A stretch of DNA of 64,000 nt from Stegostoma tigrinum (Eukaryota), in the NCBI RefSeq assembly GCF_030684315.1, contig NC_081399.1:6248113-6312112 (forward strand), given 5' to 3'. The notes beneath the pieces were generated by a model. The model was not told the origin of the DNA and searched no databases. It saw nothing but the letters and a program-made list of their open reading frames with translations. This document shows, piece by piece, positions 1 through 13,884 of this stretch. Position 1 is the first letter of the stretch; each line of letters starts with the position of its first letter. The translations under genes were made by a program, and so were the position numbers.

Positions 1-1566
1 GGTGTCATTCGAGCAGAAAGAATGGTTCATCTGAATCTCAGTGCATAGAAGGATTAAATAAATGTACTAACACGGGATGTATTGGAATTGAAAGAGTTAT
101 TCTGTGTTTTGTGAGTGTGTTGTTTCCTGAGATTATAACAGTCATTCACTTTCCATCAAATATAGAATTGCTTGCTATTAAACTTTGATGGTGATATCCA
201 GTTTCAAGGCCACATCAGACTTCAGCATGACTCTAATGTCTCTTCTGGAGTGAATGAGTAAAAGATAACTGAGTTTTGGAATGAATTTGTTTCTTCACCT
301 GCCAGATCGTGAAGTCACCCAAATCTCAGCGGTGTAAATAGGAAATGTGCATTTGTGTGGATGTATTGAAGCGGACGTGAAACACTGAGAGTGGTGAGTA
401 AAGGATGTTGCTGTGAAGAGGAAGAAGGCGTTGTTTTCACTCTGGCTGCTGCACAGCCCTGGAGGCCAGCAGATGAAATATTGCTCGAGAGGGTTGATTC
501 CAAACAACAAGGAAAGAATCACACAGAGGACATCAGTGGATATAATGTTTGGTGAGACAGATCTGCGGGAGAGATGAGATGCTCTGGTATCCTGGATACA
601 GGACATGAATTATTTGGGAGATTGTAGAGTATCTGGGTGATTTGGAGACTTTGGGAATAATACAGGGGGTCTCCAGTGGAGATAGGCTTGAGTTTTTCAC
701 AACAATGAAATATTCCTTGGAGTGAACACAGGAAACTCATTTCAATAAGATAAGTGACGTTCCTCAGAGACACAGTTTTCCACTCATTTGAGAAGTGAAT
801 AACTAGTCGGGGTGGGGGCGGGAGTCAGGTGAGTTTTAAGAGTTCCACGTGGAAGAAGGTGGACTCTTCCATGTGATGAAAAAAAATGTATCGATTGTAT
901 CGAACTTTAAAGCACGGCTCTATGAGACAAAGGTTTGGAAGCGGATTTAAAAATGACATTAGAAAGTTGATCAGAGTAAGGATGTGAATGGAAACGATTC
1001 TCTAGTTACTAGACCAAGATCAAAAGGAGATGGAGATGACACAAGTCCTTGAAAACCATTGTGAAAATCTGTGACCGTCACTGAGTGGTTAAACTCGCCC
1101 ATTTCAGTAGAAAACTAATGGCTAACAACATAGCAGTGTGAGTAGATTTACAGTTAGACCACATGGGCGAAACAAGCTTTGAATCTGCCATTCAAACATG
1201 CCCATCAGAACCTCGTTTTGAAGAAAATGGATATTAAATATCAGAGAAACTCTTCTGAGTTTTGTGAGCAAGTCGTTTCCAAACATTTTAACAGTCAATT
1301 TCATTTCATTAAACCCAGCATTGCCTGTGAGAAATTCGCACACAAATATAATTTTCTCTTCTGGGGGATCTTTCAGACTCGTTCTGGAGTTATCGCTCCC
1401 TTTGCTGGAAAGGCTAAGGATAAGAGATTGAGGTTACTGGCTAAATTGTTCCCTGCGAGATAGTAAAGTCATCTGTCCTTTAACAGAATATGTGTCCTGA
1501 ACATCAATCGTCTAACCCCACCTGCTGGTGAGAAATGAATCCTGAACATCCCTGGTGTCGAATGCA

Positions 1567-1605
1567 GGTTTTTGTAGCTGCAAAGACAATAACTTCAACA
1601 ATGTG
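1567..1605 (-). other. RSS-23 of V1
   Basis: CACATTG, 23-nt spacer, ACAAAAACC on the minus strand. Confidence 0.9.
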
Positions 1606-2424
1606 TATTACCGCATGCGCAGAAATAGACAGCCGTGTGAGATGGAGAGGTATCTTTCAGTTCTAAAGTAAACGTCGTTTCACTGGGTCTTTTAGCCTGA
1701 TAAGATTCGGATGTATAACTTGTAATTAAACCTTCACCAGCAGAGTAGAATAAAGCTTCTATTGCCCTGCTGGGTTGCTGTCTGTGCCAGTACCTATCTC
1801 TGTAAACTGTATTCTTCAGAATGCGTCTAAGTGTATTTGAGTCCTCTCTCTTAATCGAAACACTAGAAGGAGACTGCTCCACGTAGAAGGACAGATTTCC
1901 TGTCGAATATAAAATGAAAAAAGTCACATTTTTGACATTAATTAATCAGGACAAAGGGTGCATTTTACTAGAACATTTCCAGTCATGTAAAACCTGTTAC
2001 AATAAACAATGAAAGCACGTTAAAGCAACTTGGGTTCTTTATAAGTTAACCGCCTGGTTACTGTTAAATTTCATCCCAACTGTTTGTAGTAAAGCAAGAT
2101 CGAATAGCAGCAATGTTTACTGGCTACTACACCTGTTCATTTTTTTAAAAAAACATCGCTCCAGATTAAAATTACGGAGCCAGACCTGATTTTCTACGAA
2201 GAGGACTTTGCAATCTTTGATTAGCATTATTATGTGTTCACTATGAATTCCAGTTCCAGTAACTGAAGTGAGATACGAGCCTATGACTTTCTAACCCAGA
2301 CGGGCAACTGCTATAGAGTGAACTATAACTCTTTTGACAATACATTATTCCAATCACGGGGTTACTTTGGCTAACCTAGGAACAGCGCAAACAAACAGAT
2401 GAGTCAATAGACTTCATGCGACAT
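1606..2424 (-). pseudogene. TCR beta-like V pseudogene V1 (leader 2376-2424, V exon 1606-1899)
   Basis: The V exon is open (VEQSPSSVSI...YWHRQQP...AVYFCACG), but the first conserved Cys is Arg and leader codon 7 is TGA. Confidence 0.85.
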
Positions 2425-4628
2425 GATCCTGTCATTTAACACTGGCTCCCTCTGTGAATGGATTATGGTCCAATGGCACCTGTGAAGGCAGTTTCTCTGC
2501 TCCATCTGATTAAATACACCACCTCCGGTTGCTATCTCATTCCCAACACCATTTGTTCTGAAACTTAAGCTCCACCTCACTCTGTTTCTTACTAATCTCT
2601 TTGGATTGATAGGGCAGTATTAATAGCTGGGCTCAAATTTCGAGAGGGATTCTTTAGCCTGGATAAACAAAGACGAATTATTAAGTTGGGTTGTCACTAA
2701 CAACATTCCAGACGTTGAAATAATGGAAGGTGAGTTGTTTGAAATGTTAACTGGATGAGAGAAGAGGATTTATACACTGAGATGCTTAGATCTGAAATGC
2801 ACTTTCTGAAAGTATGGTCTAAGAGGAATAAGAGCAAATTTCAAACAGATTTTGATAAATACATGAAAAGAGAAATGGCAAAAATGGGGTAGAGCACACA
2901 TGGGGAGAAAAGGATTGAATAATGTGACCTACTAAACCAGAGATTTATGGGAGAAACACTACTTCACAAGAGAGTGGTTACCACTTCTTTAATTCTTTCT
3001 TCAAATGTGGATGGCCTTGCAGATCTAACATTTATTTCGCATCCTGAAATGCCATTGTTTTCACTAAGTTGTGGGATGAGGGCATCGCCAGTTACACAGG
3101 ACTTATTGTCCATCTCTGATTGCCCAGCGTGCAGTTCAGGGGCAACTATATGGCTGTGAGTTTGGAGTCACATGGAGGCCAGACCAGGTAAGGACATTTG
3201 TGGGTCAGTGGGATTTTGCAAAAATTCTCAGTTGCTTAATGGTCATCAATAGACTGCTAATTCCACATTCCTTGGTATTGAATTCAAACTCCAACATTGC
3301 TCATGGCAGGATTGAACCCTTGTGACCAGGATATTCTGGGGAAAATCCAGCAATAATACCACCAGACCATCGCCTGCCTTTGTCCACGAGAAGGTCGTGG
3401 TGAGCCGTCTTCTTGAACTTTCATGATCTATTCTATCACTATTTTGTGGCTGTGATGGTTTGCTGGGTCGTTTTTGGAGGCCATTTGGGAGTCAGCATCA
3501 CTGTTATGGGTATGGAATTCACTTCAGACCTAGTCAGGAAAGTAGACCTCATTCTTCATCAGTGAAACAGAATCGTTAATAAGAAACTTCATCACGCATT
3601 CATGATCACAATGACTTGAACAAGCTGTGATTTTTTAAATGTCCAATTAGTTACCTGAAACAGATTTCAATGATACATTTTAAAAGACACTGTATACTGA
3701 CATGAGGAAGATAATATTGAGAGGACGTGTTTACCCTGTACGAGGAACTGTGTTGATCTCATCTAAGGAGCTGACATTGATAGGAACACCCTTATGAACC
3801 TGTTCTGTAATCGTGGTGGTTTTATGAAATATATAACATTATTGAGCCAAGGTTTTCTGTTGTTCCACGGCTTATTACACCAATACGTGACTGTGTGTTT
3901 CTTCAAATTACTTCACCGGGTGTGGACTAAGGAAACGATGCACTGTCAGAGAAAGAACAAAGAGGGAGCGCTATGGTGCTGTCTGACAGGTGATGTAGAA
4001 AGGAGTCTTCTCTCGAATAAATTATTCCATAGCTTGAGAGTTATGCCTGCACTTTTGCTTAAAGGTAAGATTGGACTCTACTGAGACGCATCCACGAATG
4101 CCACTGAATGGTTTACATGCTTAATTTAGTGGAAAATAAATGGTGAACAGCATTGCTGTGAGCGTAGATGTACGTATAGTCCATATCAAGGAATGACAGA
4201 TGAAGTTAGTTGTGAGTCTGCCAGTCAAAGATACTGAGCTGAACTTCAGTTTTTGGAAATATGATGTTAAATTCTGGAGAATGTCTTGTGAGTTTTGTGA
4301 GCAAGAGAATTCCAAACATTATAAAGATCGGCTTCACTTCATTAAACCCAGCATTGCCGTATAGATATTCGCAAATGAATACAGTTGGCTTTTTTTATGG
4401 ATTTTCAGATTCGTTCTCGAGCTATCACTCTCTGCTGACAAGAATGGGGATACGATAGTGAGGTTACTGACTAAATCTGATGGTGAAGTCATCTGTTTTG
4501 TCATAGAAAATGTGCCCTGACATCAATCATCTTTCCCCATCTGTTCCCCATTGGAAATGAGTCATGTGTCCATGGAATGGAATGCAAGTTTTTATTTGTA
4601 AGCGGGAAGACACTATCTCAAAACTATG

Positions 4629-5623
4629 CACTACTATGCGCACTGAAATAGACGGCCACTACTGATGGAGAGGCGCCTCTCAGTTGCAAAGTAACATGTT
4701 TGGCTGAGATAACAAGGTGTAGAGCTGGATGAACACAGCAAGCCAAGCAGCATCAGAGGAGCAGGAAAGTTGACGTTTTGGGTCTGGACCCTTCTTCAAA
4801 ATGTTTGGCTGGGTCTTTTTGTCCGATAAGTCTCGGATGTTTAATTTATAACCATTCCTGTTGCAGCACAGTCAAATAAAGTTTCTATTGCCCGGTCTGG
4901 TTGTAGTCAGTACCAGTACATTTGGGGATAGCTTGTATCCTTCAGCGTGCATCTTAATGTCTCCCAGTTTCCTTCTTGTTTTGACACGATGGAAAGAGAC
5001 TGCTACACATAGGAGCCTAGAATTCCTGTCAAATGTAAAGTGGAAACGGCTCAAATTTCTGACAACAATTTATCAGTACAAGGGTAATATTTGAACGAAG
5101 GGTTTGCATTAACACAGACCTTGACACAATCCAGAACCATATTTCAAAACACTTAAAGAAATGAAAGAATCTTACCTAAATTCCTCGTCACAGATCAAGG
5201 TGTGTGTCATTCATTTTGAGCAAAACTAGATCTAATAACAATGTGGTAATGGCCAGTACGTAAGATGCTGTCAAACAGTTGCCTCAGTTTAATATTATGG
5301 AGCAGGACCTGCCATTCTTTGAAGAGGACACTGTGATCATTGTCTCCAACAGATGAGGACAGTTCAGTTCATATTATGTATTCGCTGTGAACCTTTTAAA
5401 AGTGTAGAAGCTTCTCAGGAATGACAGATGGAACAGCAGGCTTGATTTCCAGGTGCAGTATCTGAAGTGACAGTTGGGCCTTTGACTTTCTAAACCAAAT
5501 GGTCGAATACTACCAAATGAACTTCAGCTCATTTGACAATACATTGTTCCATTCACAGTATGACTTTAACTAACTTGGGGACAGTAGAAACATCCAGATG
5601 AGCTAATAGACTTCATGCGGCAT
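4629..5623 (-). pseudogene. TCR V pseudogene V2 (leader 5575-5623, V exon 4629-5025)
   Basis: Leader codon 7 is TAG, YFC is changed to YFS, the RSS is degenerate (CATAGTT), and the exon is interrupted by a Penelope-derived insert. Confidence 0.85.
4707..4800 (-). mobile_element. Penelope-derived short element inside the V2 exon
   Basis: Matches the terminus of the Penelope element at 25391; 11-bp TSD atgtttggctg at 4696-4706 and 4801-4811. Confidence 0.85.
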
Positions 5624-6479
5624 GATCCTGTTATTTAATATTTGTTCCATCTGTGAATGGATTCCGGTCCAATGGCACACTTGAAGGCAGCTTCTCTGGT
5701 CCATCTAACTAAATACACCACATCCCGTTGCTATCTCATTGCCCCGGGACCATTTGCTGTGAAACCTAAGCTCCACCTCACTCTATCCCTCAGCGACCCA
5801 TTGGATTGATAGATGACCGGTCAATGTGAAAAATAGCTCAAATTGCGATAGTAATTGTATAGGTTAGACAAGCAAAGACAATTATTTGACTGAGTTGTTA
5901 ATAGCAAGAGTCCAGATATTGAAGATGATGCAAGATGTTAGATTGAACGGTAAATGGGAGATAAAGAGAGCTTTTTATACTTCCAGGTGTACTGAATTGA
6001 AATCCATTGTCTGAGAATATATTCTGAGAAGAATTACTGAAACTTTCAAAGCAGATTTGGACCCCTGTCTGAAATTGGGAAAGGGCACAAATGAGGGACA
6101 AGCACATCACGATGGTGGAGTGGAAAGGGGGACGAAGTATCCAGATTTTAAATATATGGCATCGTTGATAAACTGGAGACTTCAGGGGAACCAATCTTTC
6201 ACAATTGAGTGGTGATGGCTTTTTATGTGCTTTTCTGGGATGTGAGTGTTGCTGGCTGTGCTAAAATTTGTAACCCATTTGTAATATATGATTAAGAATG
6301 ATCAAATAAATTTGATGATCATGGAATATTTTGATGTCACTTTGTTTAGAATCCAGTCATAGTGAGTTTAATATGGTTTGGATTGCGTTGTCTGTGTCAT
6401 AACAATCTATAAACAGGGAGTGCCGAAGGGCAGAGATCTTTCCGCCGTGAAAAGTACAGGAATATATCATGTGAGTAAA

Positions 6480-7192
6480 CAGGGGTCCATTGCTTGGCTG
6501 GTGGCAAGAGGAGCTCTGCCAATGAGATCATTTACGCATGACTGGGATCTCTGCGCTTCTGCACGCTGCCCTCGACGTGGCTGTGGGGGGGACGAGACTG
6601 CCAATCACTTCCTTCTGGAGTGTACCTATGCGCAGGAGGTCTGGAGGAGAATGCGGCGGTTTGTTTCAAGGTTCGTCCCGAGCAGCTCCGTGATACAGGA
6701 CTGCGTGCTCTACGGTCTGTTTCACGGGACGCACACCGAGATCATCATCAACTGCGCCTGGAGGACCATCAATGAGGTGAAAGACGCTCTTGGGTCTGCC
6801 CGTAACTTGCTGGTCTTGCAGCTGAAAGAACTAACCCCGACCGAGTGTTGCAGACTGGCACAATCCAAGGTCCAGGACTACTTGCTGAGGGACGCGCTAA
6901 AGCTTGGGGCAGCCGCCGCCAAGGTGCGGTGGGGAAAGACCACCATATGAGACCCATTGGCCAGAGTGTAACAGGGGCCCTATTCGGTAAGTGGGCCCAG
7001 CTGGCGCCTTCCCCAACCTGTCAGGGGGCCAACGGGGACTGTGCGGAGAGACGACCGCCAGGTATTTTTCTTTTGTTTTGGCTTTATTCTGTTAGTTGGT
7101 GTACTTACCCCTAGGGTAACCAGGAGCAGCTAGCATGACCGGGTAGGTGTGTAAATATGTTTTTTTTTGTATATTCTTCGAATAAAGTGTAA
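6480..7192 (+). mobile_element. 3' end of an L1/Tx1-clade LINE
   Basis: ORF 6378-6950 contains the C-terminal zinc-knuckle CPRRGCGGDETANHFLLEC, followed by a T-rich 3' UTR and AATAAA at 7181. Confidence 0.75.
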
Positions 7193-7194
7193 TG

Positions 7195-7915
7195 TATAAC
7201 AGCCCTTCCTCCAGCAGAGACAAATAAAGCTTTTATTGTCAGTCTGGTTGCTCATTGTACCAGTACATTCGAGGGAACCTCGTAGGCTTCAGCGTGCATC
7301 AAAATGTAGCTGAACCTCCATTGTATCGACATGCTGGAAGAAGACTGCTCCACATAGGAGGCTAGAATTCCTGTCCAATGTAATGCGGAAAAGTTTCAAT
7401 TCTTTTGAAAATCACGCATTAGCATGTTGCATTTAAACAAAGGCTTTGCATTGGCACAGAGCAGCTGACAACCCAGAAATATATTTCAACCCATAAAAAG
7501 AAGCAAGATAATTTTATGTTAACACTCTTGCCAACCCTTTCCAGCAAAGCAACATTCTACAACAGCAATGTGGCAACTTTTCTTTTCAAAGGATTGTCTG
7601 AGGTTGAAATGTTCACGCAGGACCTGCTTAATTCTGAAGAGGGCACTGTTGTTATTGTCTCATGCGGAAGAGGGCATTTCTGCTTAACATGTTGTGTTTG
7701 CTATGAACTTTCTAAAAGTGCAGATCACCCTGAGTAATGATCCGTGAACTGTCTGACTTGATTTCCAGTTCCAGGATCTGGAGTGAGAGTCTTTCCTCTG
7801 ACTTTCTCAAACAGATGAGAGAGTGCCACTGAGTGCAGTACTGCTTATTTGTTGACTTTGCCTGATCTGGGGGCAGAGCAAATATCCAAATGAGAGAACA
7901 GATTTCATGTGGCAT
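7195..7915 (-). pseudogene. Truncated TCR V pseudogene V3 (leader 7867-7915, 5' half of V exon 7195-7370)
   Basis: Leader MPHEICSLIWIFALPP has its splice donor mutated to AT; the 3' half of V and the RSS are lost at the L1/Tx1 junction. Confidence 0.8.
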
Positions 7916-8574
7916 GATCCTGTCATTTAACACTAGCTCTCTCTGTGAACGGAGTGCAGTCCAATCACACCTGTGAAGGCAGTTTCTCTGTAACATCTGA
8001 TGAAATGCGCCTCATCCGGTTGCTATTTCAATGTCACAACACCATTTACTGTAAAACCTAAGCTTCATCTTTCTTTATTTCTTACTGATTTATTGGATTG
8101 ATAGATGGCAGGGTAGTGCCAATAGTCGGGCTCAAATTTCATGAGGAATAGGATACTTTAGATAAGAAAAGACAATTCTTCCATTGTGTTGCCAGGCATG
8201 GTAGTTGAGGAAGATAATTGATTGAAAGTGAAAATAGGAGTTAAAAAGACCTTTTTGTTTTTACAGATCGAGATATTCTGATCTGAAATGCATTGTCTGA
8301 AAGTGTCGTATGAGCAGAATAAAATTAATTTTCCAACTAGATTTGAATAAGTATGAGAAATGAGAAATGGCAAAACTGAGGGAATCAAGAGAGATGCATA
8401 CGTACAGGGGAAAAGTCTCTGGATTTTAAATGCATACCCACAATCCAAACCCAGAGAGATCAGTTAGAAGCTTTCTTTCATAAGTGAACAGCCATCACTT
8501 GTTTAATTCCTTCCCTGGTATTTGGGTGTTGCTTACTGAACTATTGTGTATTGTTCATCTGATTCATTTTTCTT

Positions 8575-11500
8575 CTTATTCACTTTTTGGGATGTGGGCG
8601 TCGCTGGCTGGCCAGCATTCTTTTTTCAATCGCTAGTTGCCCTTGAGAAGGCGACGGTGAACTGCCTTCTTGAACTTGCAATCCGTTTGCTGTAGATTGA
8701 CCCATAATGCCGTTAGGGTGGCAAATCCAAATATTTGACACAGCGTCAGTGAAGGAAAAGCATTATATTTCCAAGCCAGGATAGTGAATGACTTGTAAGA
8801 TAACTCTAAAGAAGTGATGTTACCACATATCTGCAGCCCATGTCCTTCTAGATGTGAGTAGTCATGAGTTTGGAATGTTCTGTTGGAGAATCTTTGGTGA
8901 ATCTCTTCAGTGCATCTTGTAGATAGTACACACTGCTGCTACTGAGCGTCAGTGGTGGAGGGAGTGGAGGGTTGTGAATGCAAACTGCTTTGCCAAGATG
9001 GCGTCAACTTCTTGAGTGTTGTTGGGGCAGCAGTCAGCCAGACAATTTGGGAGGGTCAATCACATTCCTGCCTTTTGCTTTGTGGACAGGCTCTGAGAAG
9101 TTGGGTGGTGAGTTACTCGTCACACTATTCTTAGCCTCTGATCTTTCCTTGTAACCAAAGCATTGTGGTGAGTCCATTTGAGTTTCTGATCAACGATACC
9201 TCCCAGGATGTTGACAGTTGAGGATTCAGTGATGGTAACACAATTGTACGTTAAAGGGCAATGGTTTGATTGACTCTTGTTGGCGATGGTTATAGCCTGG
9301 CATTTGTGTGGCACAAATGTTACTTGTCAATTGTCAGCCCATGCTTGGATATTGTCCAGAACTTATTGCATTAGGATACAGTGTGCTTCAGTCTCTAATG
9401 AATTGTGAATGGTGCTGAACCTTGTGCAATCATCGGCAAACATCCCCATGTCCGACCTTTTGATGAAGGCAAGTTCATTTATGAAGCAGGTGAAGATAGT
9501 TGGGCCATTGACCAGAAACTCAACTGGGCTCACCACATAACAGAGTGGCTACAAGACCAGGCCAGAAGCTGGGAATACTGCAGCGAGTAACTCATCTTTT
9601 GACTCCTCAAAGCCTGCCCACCATCTTTAAGGCACAAGTCAGAGTGAAACTTGACGCTATCCAGTACAAGCAGCCCACTTTATTGGCACTACACCCACGA
9701 GCATTCACTCCCTCCACCATGGATGCTCAATAGCAGCAGTGTATACTATCTACAAAATGCACTGCAGAAATTCACCAAAGATCTTCAAACAGCACCTTCC
9801 AGACCCACGACCACTTCCATTTAGAAGGACAAGGGCAGCAGATACATGGGAACAACACCACCTCCAGTTTCCCCTCCAAGTCTCTCACCATCCTGACACT
9901 GAAATATATCAACCTTCCCTCACTGTCGCTGGGTCAAAATCCTGGAATTACCTCCCTAATAGCATTATTCATAAAGGCACAGCAGGAGAACTACAGTGGT
10001 TAGAGAATGCAGCTCAGCACCACCTTCTGAAGGGCAACTAGGAATGGACAGGAAATGCTGGCCAGCCAGTGATGCCCTAAAAATGATTAGAGACAAAAAA
10101 AAGGACACGACTGAAGAACTCCTCCAGAGATGTCTTGGAGCTGAGCTGACTGACCTCCAACAACCATGACCATCTTCCTATGTGTAAGGCATATTTCTAA
10201 CCAACAGACAGTTTTCCCGCTGGTACACATTGATTCCATTATGCTCGGGTTCCATGATGCCACACTCAGTCGAATGCAGCATTGATGCCAAGAGCTGTCA
10301 CTCTCACCTCACCTTTGTAATTCAGCTCTTTTTACTATGTTTCAGTCAAGGTTATAATGTGTGGCTCTGGTGGAACCCAAATTCAGCGTCACTGAGCAGC
10401 TTATTGCTGAGCTGTTGCTGCTTGATTGTACTGTTTATGAGGCCTTTCATCACTTTACTAATGATTGATAGTAGACTGATGGGGCAGTAGCTGGCCTGCT
10501 TGTTAAGGACAGGATATGCTTGGGCAATTTTCCACATTGTCGTGTAGATGCAAATGCTGTAACTGAACTGGAATAGCCTTGTTAAGGAGGTGGCGAGTTC
10601 TGGAGCACAGGTCTTCAGTATTATTGTCAGCACCCGTAGCCTTTACAGTATCCAAAGCCTCCAACAGTCTCAGATATCACGTGGAGTGAAATGAATCAGC
10701 TGAAGACTGGTATCAGTCACGCTGGGGACCCTTGGAAGAAGCCAAGATGGATCTTCCACTCGTCACTTCTGGCTGAAGATTGCTGTGACAGCTTCAGCCT
10801 TGTCTTTTGCCCTGACATACTGGGCTCTTTCATCACTGAGGATGGGAGTATACGTGGAATTTCCAGTTAGTTGTTTAATTACTCAGCATCATTTATACCT
10901 GAATTTGGCAGGATTGTAGAGCTTAGATCTAATCCGTTGGTAGAGGGGTCATTTCGGTCTGTCCATCACTTGCTGATTAAGTTGTTTGGCAATACAAGTA
11001 GCCCTGCTTGAGTGCTTCACCAGGTTGACACCTGATCTTCATGTGTGCCTATTCCTGCTTCTGGTGTGCCTTCCTGCACTCTCCATTTAAATAGCGTTGA
11101 TCCCCTGCCTTGATGGTAATTGTTCAGTAGGGGATGTGCCAGGCCATGAGGTTTACAGATTGTTCTACATTACATTTCTGCAGCAGTTAATGCCCCACAG
11201 TGTCTCTTGGATGCCCAGTCTTGAGTAGCAAGATCTGTTCAAAGTCTGCCCCATTTAGCACGGTGATAATGCCACACAACATGATGGAGGTTACTCTCAA
11301 TGAGAAGGCGGGACTTCATCTCCACACAGATTATGCAGTGGTCACTCTTATCGATACTCTTATAGGCACGTGCATGTGCAGCTGGCAGATTGGTGAAGAT
11401 GAGTCCAAGTGATTTTCTTATACCCTCCTGTTAGTTCCCTAAACACTTGCTGTAGATCCAATCCAGCAACTATGCCTATTTAGGACATGATCAGCACTGC

Positions 11501-11780
11501 TGTCGAGCCACTCTTGGTGTTGGATATTGGAATCCCCCACTCAGAGTACTTTTTGTGCCCTTACCATCCTAACCGCTTCCTCCACATGTTGTTCAAAATA
11601 GACGAGTGCCAATTGAGCTGAGGGAGGGTGTTACATTGTAATTAGCAGGAGGTTTTTTGGCCCATTATTAACCTGACGTCACGAGGCTTCAGGGGTCGAG
11701 TGAATGTTATGGAGTCCCAGAGCAGCTCCTTCCCCCCGATAGTATACCACTGTGCCACCAACTCTGCTGGGTCTTTCATA
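8575..11780 (-). mobile_element. Degenerate CR1/L2-group LINE containing an opposite-orientation 3' fragment of the same family (9507-10078)
   Basis: RT-adjacent peptide LKTCAPELATSLTRLFQ...YCPISLLSIISKVM; the same 3' terminal motif (cttctcaagggcaactag...gctggccagccag) occurs at about 8600 (minus) and 10020-10078 (plus). Confidence 0.75.
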
Positions 11781-13884
11781 AGTTGGTGGTGAGGCACAGT
11801 CTGGAATCTACCTGCTCGAATTTGCTCCTACTTCATGTAAATGATGACTTGTCGGGCCTTTTCAGAGGGCACTTCAGAGTCAGTCTTCTTGCTGTGTGTC
11901 CAATGATAATGTACTGTATATATCAGGTCAGGATTGCAGTTGACCTTACTGAAGTGTGCGATGAACAAGCAACGTGTTTCTGAAGCAGAATGACAGTTTC
12001 ACCATGATGATCACAAGCTTTCAAATGGTATTTTTTAAAATGTAAAATATAAAATACATTACTTTGCATGAATATCACTGATACTGTTAAAAGGACACTA
12101 TACAGTGACATGAGGAAGACAAGATTGGAAAGGTGTGTTGAAACTGTATAAGTAATTGAGCTGATTCCGTTTAACCAGCTAACATTGACAGGAAGAACCT
12201 TATCGTCCTCTTCTGTTCTGTCGGATCCTGTGGTTTGGTGAAACATACAATAGTCTCAGTTCAAAGTCCACTCCTGTTCCATGCAGCGAGGCCTATGCCA
12301 CCAACAGGCAACTAAATGTTTCTCCAAATTAACTCACTGGGCATGGACTAAGAGGACAACACAATGGATGGGAAACAACTCAGATGGAGGGCTGAGCTGC
12401 CTGTCCCAAATGGCTTGGATGTTGTTACTGAGATCAGCACTCTCCCAAGTGAATAATCACAGAGCTTCAGACATGAGCTTGCCCTTTTCTTTCACTGTGC
12501 TACATGTTGAACCACCTTCATGGTTTCCATTGGGTGGCTTACTTGGCCATTTCAGAGTGGACTAAACATGCACAGCATTGTTGTGTTTCTGGTGTCAGTT
12601 ATGGGCAAGGCTGGAGTAAGATGGGGAAGTTAGGGTCTGAACTAGCCAGAGAGAGAGAGATGTTCACCTCAATCTCAGTGCGTATAAGTATGTAGTAAAT
12701 GCCTTAGCATGGTTGCATTGGAATTGAAGGAAGTTATTGTGAGTTTTGTGAGCGAGTGATTTCCCAATATTTTAGCAGACAATTACATTTCATCAAATCT
12801 AGCACTGTTTGCGTGCTATTAATATTTGATTGTGTTATCTGTTTCAGGGACCCATCATATTAGGCATGTTTTATCGGTCTCTCTAGTGGATAGAAGAGAG
12901 TCAGGAAAATATAACGAAGGCTTTTTGAATAAATATAGTTCTTTGCCTGACAGTAAGTGAAGTTACCTGAATCTCAGCGGCATAAATAAGAAGGAAAAGT
13001 GGGCTACCACGGATGTATGGAAGCAAAACTAAAATGGGAATCAGGAGATTTTGGTGAGTATAGGCGTTTGTCGTGAAGGGGGAGGGTGCGTGGCTTCCCG
13101 ATTGTTCTCGCTCTATCTTTTGCAGCGTACTCAAGACCAGTATTTTTTAAAAGTCGAGATGGTCGATTCCAAACAAAATGGAAAGAATCACAACCGCGGA
13201 GGCCGGTGGGGACCCAATGTGTTCAGACGGATCTGCAGGAAAGATGAAATGGCTGGTATCCTGGCTGCAAAATAAGAACTAGTTGGGATCCTGGAGTATT
13301 TCCAGTGTAATACAAGGGACCGTCGCTGGAGATAGGCTTGAGGTGCATTAAATATCGAAATTTTCCTTAGAGGGAACAGAGGGAATTAATTTCGCTGGGA
13401 TAATGGATGGTCATCAGAGATACAGATTTTTACTAACTTGAATAGCGGTTAACTGATGGCAAGGCCCTCGGAGTTTCAGGAGTTTTACAATGAAGAGGGT
13501 AGGAATGGTCCATGTGAACAACAATTTGCAATGCACTTCAAAGCTGGACTGTCTGAGAGAAAGATTTGTAAGCAGTTTTAATAATGACATTATAGATTTG
13601 ATTGAATAAATCTGTGAGGGGAACATTTCGCCAGTTCGTGGCTCGACAACAAAGGGGAAATAGTGATCGTAGAAAGACGCCTCATAAAGCACAGGTAGTG
13701 AAACGATGGCCTGATTTCCTTCTTTTGTCCTGACCATTCTCCGACATTTCACCTGGTCGCAGAAAATGTGGCCTGAGCATCAATGAGCCCCTGGCCCCAC
13801 CTGCTGGTGGTGAATGAGTCCCGAATGTCTCTGGAGTCGGATGCAGGTTTTTGGCGCTGAAAACACACTTTCTCAAACGCTGCG

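Noticed and set aside
295-606. Similar small ORFs in spacers (QDTRASHLSRRSVSP here, QDARASRLSRRSVSP at 17869-18198) as a hidden second gene
   Set aside because: The similarity follows from unit duplication; the reading frame is not preserved in other units, and no domain or splice pattern is evident.
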